From: Nitrospinaceae bacterium
GTDB taxonomy: Bacteria > Nitrospinota > Nitrospinia > Nitrospinales > Nitrospinaceae
Length of the DNA: 64,000 nucleotides
Reading direction: 5' to 3'
NCBI GenBank assembly: GCA_965223665.1
Contig: OZ245011.1
Coordinates: forward strand, 3,488,001-3,552,000
In this document: piece after piece, positions 38,894-48,752 of the stretch
Layout of the letters: each line of letters begins with the position of its first letter
Numbering within the stretch: the stretch's first letter is position 1
Translations under genes and position numbers: made by a program
The notes under the pieces: model-generated
Seen by the model: only the letters and a program-made list of their open reading frames with translations
What the model was told of the DNA's origin: nothing
Database searches by the model: none

Positions 38894-41473
38894 TTATTCT
38901 GATCGAACGGATTCTTTAGGGTTTTGTTGAGTGGCTATTATTGAAGGATACCAACCAGCTGAACAGGCTATGACCCAAAATAAAAGAGTTGCGATAACTA
39001 TGAAACCATAAGGGAAAAAAACTTGAATTGTCCAACCAAACGATTGTTTGTTAATGACAAATATTAAAAGATAAGAAACGAGAATTCCCGCAACCAATCC
39101 AAATAAAGAACCAATCCAGCCTAATAAACCAGCTTCGATTAGAATCATTTTTTTGACTTGCTCCTGAAAGGCACCGACGAATCGAAGTATCCCAATTTCC
39201 CGCCGCCGTTCAATAATCAGAGATATCAGGGTATTGAATAATCCCAAAACAGCGACACCGATTCCAATAAGTTCTAGGGAATAAGTAATAGCAAAAGTTT
39301 TGTCAAAAATATTAAGAACCTCTTTTTTGAGTTCTGAATTTGAGCGAACCAGAATTTTGTCTGAGTTCCCAATAGTTTTTATTATTTTTTTTCGTACCTC
39401 GGGGAGTTGGTTTTTATCATTTAAATAAACCACAAAACTATTTACATTGGGGTCGCGAAAATTCTTTAAATAAGTTTGCCGGTCAATAATCACATAACCC
39501 CGCTCCTGAGAGTAATCATAATAAATTGCAATGATAACTAAATTCATGCTGCCTGCAGGCGTAGGAATGCTTATTTGATCTCCTGTTTTGACTTTATGTT
39601 TGACAGAAAATGCCTCGGATATAATGGCTCGATTTTGACCTACCATTAAATTAGCAAGCTCATTAGTTGGAGGGCCATCTTTAATAACTAAATTTCCGTA
39701 TTTAGAAAGTGCTTCAAAGTCACCCGATCCTAAAATTGCTGGTTCATCATTAAATGAAATGTTAATTGCGCGAAATAAGTCTACTTCTTTTACACCCTGG
39801 ATTTGTTTAAGAGCTTTTACTTTTTCAATGGGCAGGGTGTATTGATAATCAATGTTTTTGCCAGATGCAGCACGAACAAATAAATCAGCTTTTAAAGTTT
39901 GTTCTATCCAAACTACGACAGTTTGCCGAAAACTGTGAACCATGATCGACATGCTTATTACCATCATGAAAGCAATCGCTAATGAAGAAACAGCAATGGA
40001 GTTTCGACCCACATTTTGTGCAAGATTTAAGCTTGCTAAAAGGCCTTCCCCCTGAAACAATTTCCGGCAAAGCCCTTTCGACATGTCTCGTGTGAGTAAT
40101 AAAGCTGAAGGGGCTAAAAATGAAATTCCTAAGATAATTAGAAAAACCGAGAGAAAGCCGAAATAGGGGAAATTATTTATAGAAGGAAGCAAAGAACAAA
40201 ATCCAGCCAGTAGAAGTACAATTAATGCATAATGAGTTAGTTTTTTATTGCCACGAAAAATTTTAAGGTCATAACTTCCTCGACGCATCACTGTATTTGG
40301 AGATGTAGTGGCCGCATCGTAAGCAGGAATGATGGCTGAAATGAATGAAAGTCCTATACCCATCAAAAAGTATGGACCCATTTTATCTGGGTGAAAGCTG
40401 ACTTCGGATACATTCGTAGGCACATATAGATTGTTTATCGTAAGTGCTACGGCGTCCAAAGAGAATTGAGCTAAATAATATCCAAACCAAATTCCTAAAA
40501 ATGATCCAATGGTTCCAATTACTCCTGCTTCTAACAAAAAAATGGAAGCGATTAATAGACGGGTGGCCCCTAGAGCTCTCAGGGTTCCAATCTCCATTCG
40601 ACGACGGACAACGGAAAGAGAAATCATATTGTATATAAGATACAAGCCAACTAGTAGGGCAACAAAACTTAGCGCAGAAAGATTATATTGAAAAGCTCGT
40701 AGCATTTTTTCCACTTGTTGAGTCTTTCTCTCTGGCCGGTCTACTCTTAAAAACTCAGGTAAAGACTTGGAGATTTTTTCTTTCATCCGATCAAAATTTT
40801 TATCTCGAAGAAATTCAATATCAATTCGATCCAATCTCCCGATTTTGTTAAAAACCCGTTGTGCCCCGGAGATGTCCATAAGAGCAAAATTTCCGTTGAG
40901 AGCTTTAGCGATCCCTTTATTTTCTAAAACCGCGTTGATGTTCAATTCTGTGTCTTTTCCATTTATTAGAAAATGAATTTTCTCCCCGGGTTGGAATTGG
41001 GTGTTGGGAATGAATTTTTCAGGAAGAATTATGCTGGCAGGATCTAAAATTAGAGGAATCAAACCCGCTAAATCCTTCTGTTTGGTTTTTAGTGAATAGT
41101 CTCGTATTCCGCTATCTTGAAGGAGATCAGTTCCAAGGATTTCGACTACTTCATTGGATTGGGTTTCAACGCCGTAACCCTCAATGATTGGGTAGGCCTT
41201 AATCCAATTTCTTAAAGGACTTAAATTACGAAAATACTTTTCATCGAAGGAATTGCCTTCAGCATAAATGACAGCATCTGCTCTCCCTAAAACAAGATCC
41301 ACACTTTCGCGAAAAGAAGAAAGAGTTTGATGATTGGCTAATTGAATACTTAAAAAAACCGACACTCCAATGGCCACGCCTACGATAGTAATTAGCGTCC
41401 TAAAAGGATCGCGCAACAATGGTCTTAGAATCAAAGCATTAAAAAGATCTTTAAAATAAACTATAAAACTCAT
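38894..41473 (-). CDS. ABC transporter permease with duplicated MacB-PCD/FtsX domains
   Basis: Two FtsX-like halves (RRRMEIGTLRALGA; ERRREIGILRFVGA), INKQSFGWT. Confidence 0.88.
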   Translation of the reverse strand: MSFIVYFKDLFNALILRPLLRDPFRTLITIVGVAIGVSVFLSIQLANHQTLSSFRESVDLVLGRADAVIYAEGNSFDEKYFRNLSPLRNWIKAYPIIEGYGVETQSNEVVEILGTDLLQDSGIRDYSLKTKQKDLAGLIPLILDPASIILPEKFIPNTQFQPGEKIHFLINGKDTELNINAVLENKGIAKALNGNFALMDISGAQRVFNKIGRLDRIDIEFLRDKNFDRMKEKISKSLPEFLRVDRPERKTQQVEKMLRAFQYNLSALSFVALLVGLYLIYNMISLSVVRRRMEIGTLRALGATRLLIASIFLLEAGVIGTIGSFLGIWFGYYLAQFSLDAVALTINNLYVPTNVSEVSFHPDKMGPYFLMGIGLSFISAIIPAYDAATTSPNTVMRRGSYDLKIFRGNKKLTHYALIVLLLAGFCSLLPSINNFPYFGFLSVFLIILGISFLAPSALLLTRDMSKGLCRKLFQGEGLLASLNLAQNVGRNSIAVSSLAIAFMMVISMSIMVHSFRQTVVVWIEQTLKADLFVRAASGKNIDYQYTLPIEKVKALKQIQGVKEVDLFRAINISFNDEPAILGSGDFEALSKYGNLVIKDGPPTNELANLMVGQNRAIISEAFSVKHKVKTGDQISIPTPAGSMNLVIIAIYYDYSQERGYVIIDRQTYLKNFRDPNVNSFVVYLNDKNQLPEVRKKIIKTIGNSDKILVRSNSELKKEVLNIFDKTFAITYSLELIGIGVAVLGLFNTLISLIIERRREIGILRFVGAFQEQVKKMILIEAGLLGWIGSLFGLVAGILVSYLLIFVINKQSFGWTIQVFFPYGFIVIATLLFWVIACSAGWYPSIIATQQNPKESVRSE

Positions 41474-42180
41474 ATCTCCCTTTTGCCTGATCCAGAATTA
41501 TTATTAATTGTCAATGTGCCATCGTGGATTTCGAAATGTTTGTTTCCATATTGTGCAATTTCTGGGTTATGGGTAACTATTACGATTGTTGTATTAAAAT
41601 CATTTGATGCTTTTTTCAAAAGTTCTAGAATACGATAACCATTTTTCGAATCCAGATTCCCTGTAGGTTCGTCAGCTAAAATAATCTGAGGTTGATGGAC
41701 AAGGGCTCTAGCAATTGCAATCCGCTGCATTTCTCCCCCTGATAATTCTGCTGGGAAGGATTTAGCCCGATCGGTTAGTCCGACGTAATCTAATAAAGTT
41801 TGAATTCTAGATTGGCCTTTTCTGCTTGCATGAGAAAGCAATAAAGGTAATTCGATATTTTCCCAGACGGATAGGGTGGGCAATAAATTAAAAAACTGGA
41901 AGACAAACCCGATTTCTTTACGTCGTAATTCCGTCAACTCGCGGTCATCCATTTGGGAAATCAATTTTCCATTTAGAAAAATTTCACCTTGGTCTGGAGA
42001 GTCCAGACCTCCCATACAATTTAATAAGGTGGTTTTCCCCCCACCGCTAGGCCCCATCACCGAAACAAAATCGCCTTTTTCCAAGATTAAATTTACATCG
42101 GATAAAGCGGTAACCTGTAGAGAACCGGCTTGAAAATATTTTGAAACATTTTTTAGCTGAATAATTGGGTTTGATGACAT
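41470..42180 (-). CDS. ABC transporter ATP-binding protein (LolD/MacB-like)
   Basis: GPSGGGKTT, LSGGEMQR, LADEPTGNLD. Confidence 0.93.
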   Translation of the reverse strand: MSSNPIIQLKNVSKYFQAGSLQVTALSDVNLILEKGDFVSVMGPSGGGKTTLLNCMGGLDSPDQGEIFLNGKLISQMDDRELTELRRKEIGFVFQFFNLLPTLSVWENIELPLLLSHASRKGQSRIQTLLDYVGLTDRAKSFPAELSGGEMQRIAIARALVHQPQIILADEPTGNLDSKNGYRILELLKKASNDFNTTIVIVTHNPEIAQYGNKHFEIHDGTLTINNNSGSGKREI

Positions 42181-42381
42181 TTCAGTATTTAAGGAAAAAT
42201 ATTTTAAAAAGGAATGGTATCAAAAATTGAACTGGAAGAATGGACTAAATCTATATTTTATAAAGCTGGATGGTGGAATTTTTCCTGGATCATGTTATTC
42301 TCAGGGAAATTTAAAACAAATATAGCTTTTGCAAATTTACTCAAATTGAATTTGCTATGGGAAAAAGGGCTCGGGATTTCT

Positions 42382-43566
42382 ATGACAATTTCTAGAAAAA
42401 TTCATGATTTTATGGAACAGTCCTCTTGGATTAGAAAAATGTTCGAAGAAGGAATTCGTTTAAAAAATGAATATGGCGAGGAAAATATTTTTGATTTGTC
42501 TTTGGGGAATCCTGTGGCCGAACCACCTCAAGCAGTGGTGGAGGCAATGATTGCTGCTGCCAAAGATTCATCCACCGGGTGGCACCGTTATATGCCAAAT
42601 GCTGGTTATCAGGAAGTAAGAGAAAAAATTGCTATAGCCTTGTCTAAAGAATGTGAGTCCATGATTCAAGGGGATGATGTTGTAATGATTTGTGGTGCAG
42701 CTGGTGGGTTAAACATAACGTTGAAAACCATTTTAGATCCTGATGATGAGGTTATTGTCTTTTCTCCATATTTTGTAGAATATCTTTTTTATGCTGACAA
42801 TCATGGTGGAAAAGCTGTAGCGGTCCCAACAAAAGAAGATTTTTCAATTGACCTGAATAGATTAGAACAAGCAATTCATTCCAAGACAAAAGCCGTAATA
42901 ATAAATTCCCCTAATAATCCTACAGGAGTTGTTTACAGTAAAGAATCTTTGCAGGAATTATCCCAGGTTCTCCTAAAAAAATCACAGGAAATCGGGCATC
43001 CAATTTATCTTATTTCTGATGACCCTTATAAAAAAATTGTTTTCGATGAAGTGGAAACTCCAAACATTTTTGATTTTTATTTAAATAGCCTTTACATCAC
43101 TTCTCATTCTAAAGATTTGGCCGTTCCTGGCGAACGTATTGGGTATGTGGCAGTTCACCCCGAATGTCCTACTTCAAAGGAGATTTTAGCAGGTCTAATT
43201 TTTTGTAATCGAGTTTTGGGGTTTGTGAATGCTCCGGCATTATTTCAGAGAGTGGTGAAAGAAGTGCAGGAGGTGACTGTAGATATTGAACCGTATCAAA
43301 GAAGGAGAGATTTGCTATTTCAGGAATTAACCCGCATTGGTTATGATGTTGTAAAACCTCAAGGCGCATTTTATTTCTTTCCAAAATCTCCTATTTCGGA
43401 TGAAGTAGAATTTGTCCGCTTGCTTGCTTCAAAGAAGGTATTGGTTGTTCCAGGCCGCGGTTTTGGGACCCCTGGATATTTTCGAATATCATATTGTTTT
43501 CCTGATCAGGTAATTGAAGGGGCTATCCCTGGATTAGAAGCCGCCTTTAAGGAAGCCACAGTGTAA
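42382..43566 (+). CDS. PLP-dependent class I/II aminotransferase (aspartate aminotransferase-like)
   Basis: SSWIRKMFEEG, LSLGNP, INSPNNPTG, SHSKD…PGERIG. Start trimmed to MTISRK. Confidence 0.9.
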   Translation: MTISRKIHDFMEQSSWIRKMFEEGIRLKNEYGEENIFDLSLGNPVAEPPQAVVEAMIAAAKDSSTGWHRYMPNAGYQEVREKIAIALSKECESMIQGDDVVMICGAAGGLNITLKTILDPDDEVIVFSPYFVEYLFYADNHGGKAVAVPTKEDFSIDLNRLEQAIHSKTKAVIINSPNNPTGVVYSKESLQELSQVLLKKSQEIGHPIYLISDDPYKKIVFDEVETPNIFDFYLNSLYITSHSKDLAVPGERIGYVAVHPECPTSKEILAGLIFCNRVLGFVNAPALFQRVVKEVQEVTVDIEPYQRRRDLLFQELTRIGYDVVKPQGAFYFFPKSPISDEVEFVRLLASKKVLVVPGRGFGTPGYFRISYCFPDQVIEGAIPGLEAAFKEATV

Positions 43567-43669
43567 TGAGATTTGAAGAGGATTTTTTATAGGGGTTGAA
43601 CAGAATAAATCTTTTTCGATAAAATGGCATCATTATCCTAAACATTAATATTTTTATTGAGAATTTACG

Positions 43670-44830
43670 ATGAGTTTAAATCCAGATCAAATCAATCGTT
43701 ATAGCCGCCATTTATTGTTGCCTGAAGTAGGGGTTGAAGGCCAAGAAAAAATCTGTAATTCCAAGGTTCTATGTATTGGGACCGGGGGGTTGGGATCGCC
43801 AGTCTCCCTGTATTTGGCTGCAGCGGGGGTTGGTAAGTTAGGATTGATCGACTTTGATGTTGTTGATAAAAGTAACTTGCAACGACAAATCGCGCATGGA
43901 GAATCGACAGTAGGAACTTTAAAAGTTGAGTCCGCTAAGAAACGAATTGCTGATTTGAACTCTGATGTAGATGTTGTCATTTATAATGAAAGGTTAACAT
44001 CCCAAAATGCTATGGAAATTTTTAAAGATTGGGATGTAATTGTTGATGGAACCGATAATTTCCCCACTCGTTATTTGGCAAATGATGCTTGTGTTCTCTT
44101 GGGCAAGCCATATATTTATGGGTGCATATTAAGGTTTGAAGGTCAAGCATCAGTGTTTGACGCAAAAACCGGTCCTTGTTACCGATGTTTATACCCTGAG
44201 CCACCACCGCCTGGTTTGGTTCCTAGTTGTGCAGAAGGGGGAGTGCTAGGGGTTCTGTGTGGAATTGTCGGCGGCCTTCAAACCAACGAGACATTAAAAT
44301 TGATTCTTGACAAAGGGGACACTTTGGTTGGGCGACTTGTATTATTTGATTCCTTGGCAATGAAGTTTAGAGAAATGAAATTGAAAAAGGATAAAAATTG
44401 TCCAATCTGTGGAGAGAATCCAACGATTAAAGAGCTTATTGATTATGAACAGTTTTGTGGAATTGTGCCGCCTAAAGATGAAGATGAGGAAGGAGATAGA
44501 AAATTAGAAATTGAACCTGAAACGGTAAAACAAATGTTAGATAATGGAAATAATTTTAAGTTAATTGATGTTCGTAGTGAAGGTGAATATGGAATATGTA
44601 AAATTGATGGTTCTCTTTTAATTCCCTTGGACATTATTCAAGAAAAAAACCCTGAAAAACTTAATGGATTAAAACCTTCCGATGAAATTGTTTTGCATTG
44701 TAAGGCTGGAGTTCGCAGTTTAAAAGCGGCCAAAGCCTTGAAAGAAATTGGCTTTAACAATGTCAAGAGTATGCGGGGGGGTATTGAAGAGTGGGCTGAT
44801 AAAATAGATTCATCAATTCCAAAATATTGA
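43670..44830 (+). CDS. moeB: MoeB/MoeZ adenylyltransferase-rhodanese fusion
   Basis: RYSRH, GTGGLG, SNLQRQ, PCYRC, SCAEGG, CPIC; C-terminal rhodanese HCKAGVRS. Confidence 0.92.
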   Translation: MSLNPDQINRYSRHLLLPEVGVEGQEKICNSKVLCIGTGGLGSPVSLYLAAAGVGKLGLIDFDVVDKSNLQRQIAHGESTVGTLKVESAKKRIADLNSDVDVVIYNERLTSQNAMEIFKDWDVIVDGTDNFPTRYLANDACVLLGKPYIYGCILRFEGQASVFDAKTGPCYRCLYPEPPPPGLVPSCAEGGVLGVLCGIVGGLQTNETLKLILDKGDTLVGRLVLFDSLAMKFREMKLKKDKNCPICGENPTIKELIDYEQFCGIVPPKDEDEEGDRKLEIEPETVKQMLDNGNNFKLIDVRSEGEYGICKIDGSLLIPLDIIQEKNPEKLNGLKPSDEIVLHCKAGVRSLKAAKALKEIGFNNVKSMRGGIEEWADKIDSSIPKY

Positions 44831-44944
44831 TTATTCTAAAGAAGATTTTGCTAACTTGACTTTGATAGTTAACCGTTATATCGTGGATAAGACAGTAAGA
44901 TTTTAGATTTTTTATTTTTTTTGCGGATTTTTCCTTCTTATTAG

Positions 44945-45328
44945 TTGAAAGGGGGTTCTGTGAGCCAGGCCGAAAACCCAGATCGAGATTATGAAAGACT
45001 ATCTAAAGCAATTACAGAAGCCGTTCTAAGTTCAGAGAAGGTGAGAAAAATAGTTTCTGAAATCCAAAAGAAAGATGAAATTTGTGCCCAGAGTTTTATG
45101 GTCCTGGTTTTAAAGTTGCAATCTTTAACTGAAGGTTTTGATTTGGAAGTCGAAGAGTCGATCGAAAAACCAAAGAAAAAAGTTCGGCGCTCAAAGAAAA
45201 AAATTGCGGACCAATCACAGTATATTGATGGTGAAAAACTTTCAAAAAAAGAAATCCAATTCCAGGAATTCATTAACGAGCGATTTAATTCCGAAGAATG
45301 GCTTAAAAAGAACGGGCTCATTTTTTAA
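44945..45328 (+). CDS. Hypothetical protein
   Basis: Helical, charged ORF in operon orientation. Start may be GTG at 44960 after GGGGG. Confidence 0.65.
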   Translation: MKGGSVSQAENPDRDYERLSKAITEAVLSSEKVRKIVSEIQKKDEICAQSFMVLVLKLQSLTEGFDLEVEESIEKPKKKVRRSKKKIADQSQYIDGEKLSKKEIQFQEFINERFNSEEWLKKNGLIF

Positions 45329-46040
45329 AATTTTATTTCTTTCTTTTTTAGCCACGTTCCTCCCTAATTTTTTATTTCCTAAAGCAGCTCAACCTATAGA
45401 CTTTGATATCGAGCGAAAGCGAATGGTCAAAGAAGACCTTCAGGGCCGAGATATTATTAATGCTAGGGTTCTAGGAGCGATGTCTAAGGTTCCTCGGCAA
45501 TTATTCGTAGATGAAAAATTTGCCGAATTTGCTTATCAGGATGCCCCTTTACCAATTAATGAAAACCAAACCATTAGCCAACCTTATATTGTGGCTTTAA
45601 TGACTCAAACCGCTCAATTGCAACCCAACCACCGTGTTTTAGAAATCGGAACGGGCTCTGGATATCAAGCAGCTATTCTCTCCGAAATAGTAAAAGAGGT
45701 GTATTCGGTTGAAATAATCGAGTCGCTTGCCAGAGAAGCAAAAGACCGCCTTCAATCTCTAGGATATAAAAATGCTCAAGTAAAGCATGGAGACGGATTT
45801 CAGGGGTGGGAAGAATTTGCCCCATTTGATGCCATTTTAATTACCGCTGCTACACCAAAAATTCCTCAACCCCTTTGGGATCAATTAAGAGAGGGTGGGA
45901 TTATGGTTTTACCATTAGAAGAAATTCTTGGGCAAGATTTAGTTAAGTTAACTAAAACTTCTGAAGGAATTAATAGAGAAATCATAACAGGTGTAAGATT
46001 TGTTCCTATGACAGGTAAGGTCAGGGAGAAAAAAAAGTGA
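45228..46040 (+). CDS. pcm: Protein-L-isoaspartate O-methyltransferase (start uncertain)
   Basis: VPR..F, AY.D.PLPI, QTISQPY, VLEIGTGSGYQAA, GDG..GW…APFD, RFVPM. Confidence 0.88.
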   Translation: MVKNFQKKKSNSRNSLTSDLIPKNGLKRTGSFFKILFLSFLATFLPNFLFPKAAQPIDFDIERKRMVKEDLQGRDIINARVLGAMSKVPRQLFVDEKFAEFAYQDAPLPINENQTISQPYIVALMTQTAQLQPNHRVLEIGTGSGYQAAILSEIVKEVYSVEIIESLAREAKDRLQSLGYKNAQVKHGDGFQGWEEFAPFDAILITAATPKIPQPLWDQLREGGIMVLPLEEILGQDLVKLTKTSEGINREIITGVRFVPMTGKVREKKK

Positions 46041-46846
46041 TTCCAGTTAGAGATCCTGCTGTGGCTGGCCAGTTTTATCCTAAAAAAGAAGATGAATTAT
46101 TGACAGAGGTAAAAAGCCACCTTTCCCTTGAAACAAAAAAGGAGGACGTTTTGGGAATCATATCTCCTCATGCAGGATATAAATATTCTGGGGAGGTGGC
46201 AGGTTCTGTGTATTCGCAAATCAATATTCCTGAAACGGTAATTATTATTGGTCCAAACCATACTGGATTGGGAAAACGTATGGCAATATTGACTCAAGGA
46301 ATTTGGTCTACTCCGCTGGGTAGGGTTGAAGTCGATCAAGTTCTTAGCAAAAAAATATTGGAGATTTGCCCTGAAATTCAAGAAGATCATCTTGCCCATA
46401 AAGAGGAACATTCCTTAGAAACTCAATTGCCTTTCCTTCAGTACTTTGAAAATCAAATAAAAATTGTTCCTATTTGTTTAATGCGGCTGGGTTTAGAAGA
46501 ATGTGAAATTCTCGGGAATACAATCCTTAAAGCATTAAATGTGTTAAAGCGTCAGGTCCTAATAATTGCCAGTTCAGATATGACTCACTTCGAATCACAA
46601 GAAAACGCAAAAGAAAAAGATTTTAAAGCCATAAATAAAGTTTTAGATCTTGATCCAAAAGGTCTCTTTGAGATAGTTCGCTCAAACCAAATTTCTATGT
46701 GTGGTGTGGTTCCTGTTATGGTAATGCTTATTTGTTGTTTAGGCTTAGGAGCCACTCGTGCTCAACTTGTAAATTATAAAACATCGGGTGACGTTTGTGG
46801 TGATTTGGATAATGTGGTGGGATACGCGGGAATGGTGATTAGTTAA
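46037..46846 (+). CDS. amrB: AmmeMemoRadiSam system protein B (MEMO1 family)
   Basis: PAVAGQFYP, PHAGY.YSG, GPNH, EHSLE.QLPF, ASSDMTH, MCG, VVGYA. Confidence 0.92.
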   Translation: MIPVRDPAVAGQFYPKKEDELLTEVKSHLSLETKKEDVLGIISPHAGYKYSGEVAGSVYSQINIPETVIIIGPNHTGLGKRMAILTQGIWSTPLGRVEVDQVLSKKILEICPEIQEDHLAHKEEHSLETQLPFLQYFENQIKIVPICLMRLGLEECEILGNTILKALNVLKRQVLIIASSDMTHFESQENAKEKDFKAINKVLDLDPKGLFEIVRSNQISMCGVVPVMVMLICCLGLGATRAQLVNYKTSGDVCGDLDNVVGYAGMVIS

Positions 46847-46849
46847 AAA

Positions 46850-47239
46850 TTATTTATCAGGGGACGGCTGAATTAGTTCAATTTCATATTTGTCAGGATC
46901 TTCGGTAAATATAAATGAAGAACCACTATTCGATTGAATGGGACCTTCTGTGATTGGGGCTCCTGCTTGTTCCAATCGGATCATCCATTCGTTAATATCG
47001 TCTACCTCAAATGCTAAATGGACAAGATCTTCCTGTACATCTACATTTCCACTCGAAGGAAAAGAACAAAGTTCAAGTTCACAATCAGTTCCAGGTAGTT
47101 TCAAATATACAAGTTTCGAGCCTCGAGGAGATGTTGATTGCTCTAATATTTCTAATCCCAAAACTTTAGAATAAAACTTCAGGGATTTCTCCATGTTAGA
47201 CACTCGAAACCGAGTGTGTAAAAACTTTTTTACAGACAC
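46850..47239 (-). CDS. VOC/glyoxalase I-family protein
   Basis: FLHTRFRV, ELEL, HLAF.V, DPD.YEIELI. Confidence 0.85.
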   Translation of the reverse strand: MSVKKFLHTRFRVSNMEKSLKFYSKVLGLEILEQSTSPRGSKLVYLKLPGTDCELELCSFPSSGNVDVQEDLVHLAFEVDDINEWMIRLEQAGAPITEGPIQSNSGSSFIFTEDPDKYEIELIQPSPDK

Positions 47240-48603
47240 AATTGTTCCATGTTTATATCTGATCCGTATTTTTCTAACTGCTTATAGACTACAGTTTGAT
47301 ATTCTTTTAATTTTTCAGGAGTTTTTGCTTCAAATCGTAAAACTAAAACTGGTTGGGTATTTGAAGCACGAATCAATCCCCAGCCTTGCTCAAAATTTAT
47401 TCGTACTCCATCAATATCAATCACTTCATAAGATGATCGAAAATGTTGAGTCAATTCGTCAGTAATTTTAAATTTTAACTCATCCGGGCAATCAATCCGA
47501 ATTTCAGGAGTATTATAGGTTTTGGGTAAATCTGATAGCATCTCAGATACTTTTTGGTTGGAAGCAGCTACAATTTGCAAAATTCTGCAAGCGGCATAAA
47601 TGGCATCATCAAATCCAAAGTACTTATCTGCAAAGCAAACATGTCCACTCATCTCCCCAGCTAATAAGGCATTTGTTTCCTTCATTTTTTTCTTGATTAA
47701 AGAATGGCCTGCAGCAGACATTGCCGGAATACCGCCATTCTTTTTGATGTCATCAAATAAATTTTGCGAACATTTGACTTCTCCCACAACTGCCGAACCA
47801 GGATGATCTTTCAATATATCTCTCGCAAATAATATTAAAAGTTGGTCTCCCCATAGAAGATTTCCTTTGTCGTCAACTACTCCGATGCGGTCGGCATCGC
47901 CGTCAAAACCAAGACCAATATCTGCTTGCTCAGATTTCACACGATCTATAAGATCTTTCATGTACTCTGGAATTGTGGGATCTGGGTGATGGTTAGGAAA
48001 GGTTCCATCGGGTTCACAGTATTGCTCTATTGGATTCACTCCCAAAGCTTTTAAAACTTTGGGGCCAATAATCCCGAAACAACCGTTGCCTCCATCGACA
48101 ACAACTTTAATAGGTTTATTTATTTGAATGGAGCTTTTTATGTTTTCAATATAGGCTTCCTGAACATCCTGTTCTCGCATCGTCCCAGTTCCAGTTTCAA
48201 AATCATTTTGTTCTATTAAGTTTTTTATTTGTTGAATTTTCTCTCCATAGATACTGTTTAATCCATGACTGAGTTTGAATCCATTATATTCTGGAGGATT
48301 GTGGCTACCAGTTATCATTACCCCACCATCGGATTTTAGGTGATGTAAAGAAAAATAAGCTACAGGGGTTGGAACCATTCCAATATCAATAACGTCACAA
48401 CCGGTAGAATTTAGGCTTTGGATCATAAGATCTCGAAACAGTAAGGAACTTGTTCTAACATCCCAGCCTAAAGAGATTAGCTTTCCGCCCTGTCGGCGAA
48501 AATAAGTTCCAATGGCTTTACCAATTAGCTTTACATTTTGGGGTGTTAGGTCACTTTCAACCAGACCTCTAATGTCATATTCGCGAAAAATTTGTGGATT
48601 CAT
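47230..48603 (-). CDS. Phosphomannomutase/phosphoglucomutase (AlgC-like)
   Basis: FREYDIRG, ITGSHNP, FDGDADR, GEMSGH, RASNTQP. Confidence 0.95.
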   Translation of the reverse strand: MNPQIFREYDIRGLVESDLTPQNVKLIGKAIGTYFRRQGGKLISLGWDVRTSSLLFRDLMIQSLNSTGCDVIDIGMVPTPVAYFSLHHLKSDGGVMITGSHNPPEYNGFKLSHGLNSIYGEKIQQIKNLIEQNDFETGTGTMREQDVQEAYIENIKSSIQINKPIKVVVDGGNGCFGIIGPKVLKALGVNPIEQYCEPDGTFPNHHPDPTIPEYMKDLIDRVKSEQADIGLGFDGDADRIGVVDDKGNLLWGDQLLILFARDILKDHPGSAVVGEVKCSQNLFDDIKKNGGIPAMSAAGHSLIKKKMKETNALLAGEMSGHVCFADKYFGFDDAIYAACRILQIVAASNQKVSEMLSDLPKTYNTPEIRIDCPDELKFKITDELTQHFRSSYEVIDIDGVRINFEQGWGLIRASNTQPVLVLRFEAKTPEKLKEYQTVVYKQLEKYGSDINMEQLCL

Positions 48604-48752
48604 TGTTATGTTGTAAAAAATTTTTGTTATATTGGATTAGTGCAATAATTTGAATAAGGATAAGCTATATATTTTGCAATGGCAATGCTTGAGTTTGTTT
48701 GAAGTTGATTAGTTAACGAAAAATCAATTCAACTTTTTTAAAGGAATTTTAA

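Noticed and set aside
42214-42381. N-terminal extensions in the ORF track (aminotransferase; also radA, bcp, queE, queC, dcd, M48)
   Set aside because: They precede the family-typical N-termini; downstream ATGs fit better.
44882-44890. Single DnaA-box-like 9-mer (CGTGGATAA) near a putative promoter
   Set aside because: An isolated one-mismatch match is expected by chance.
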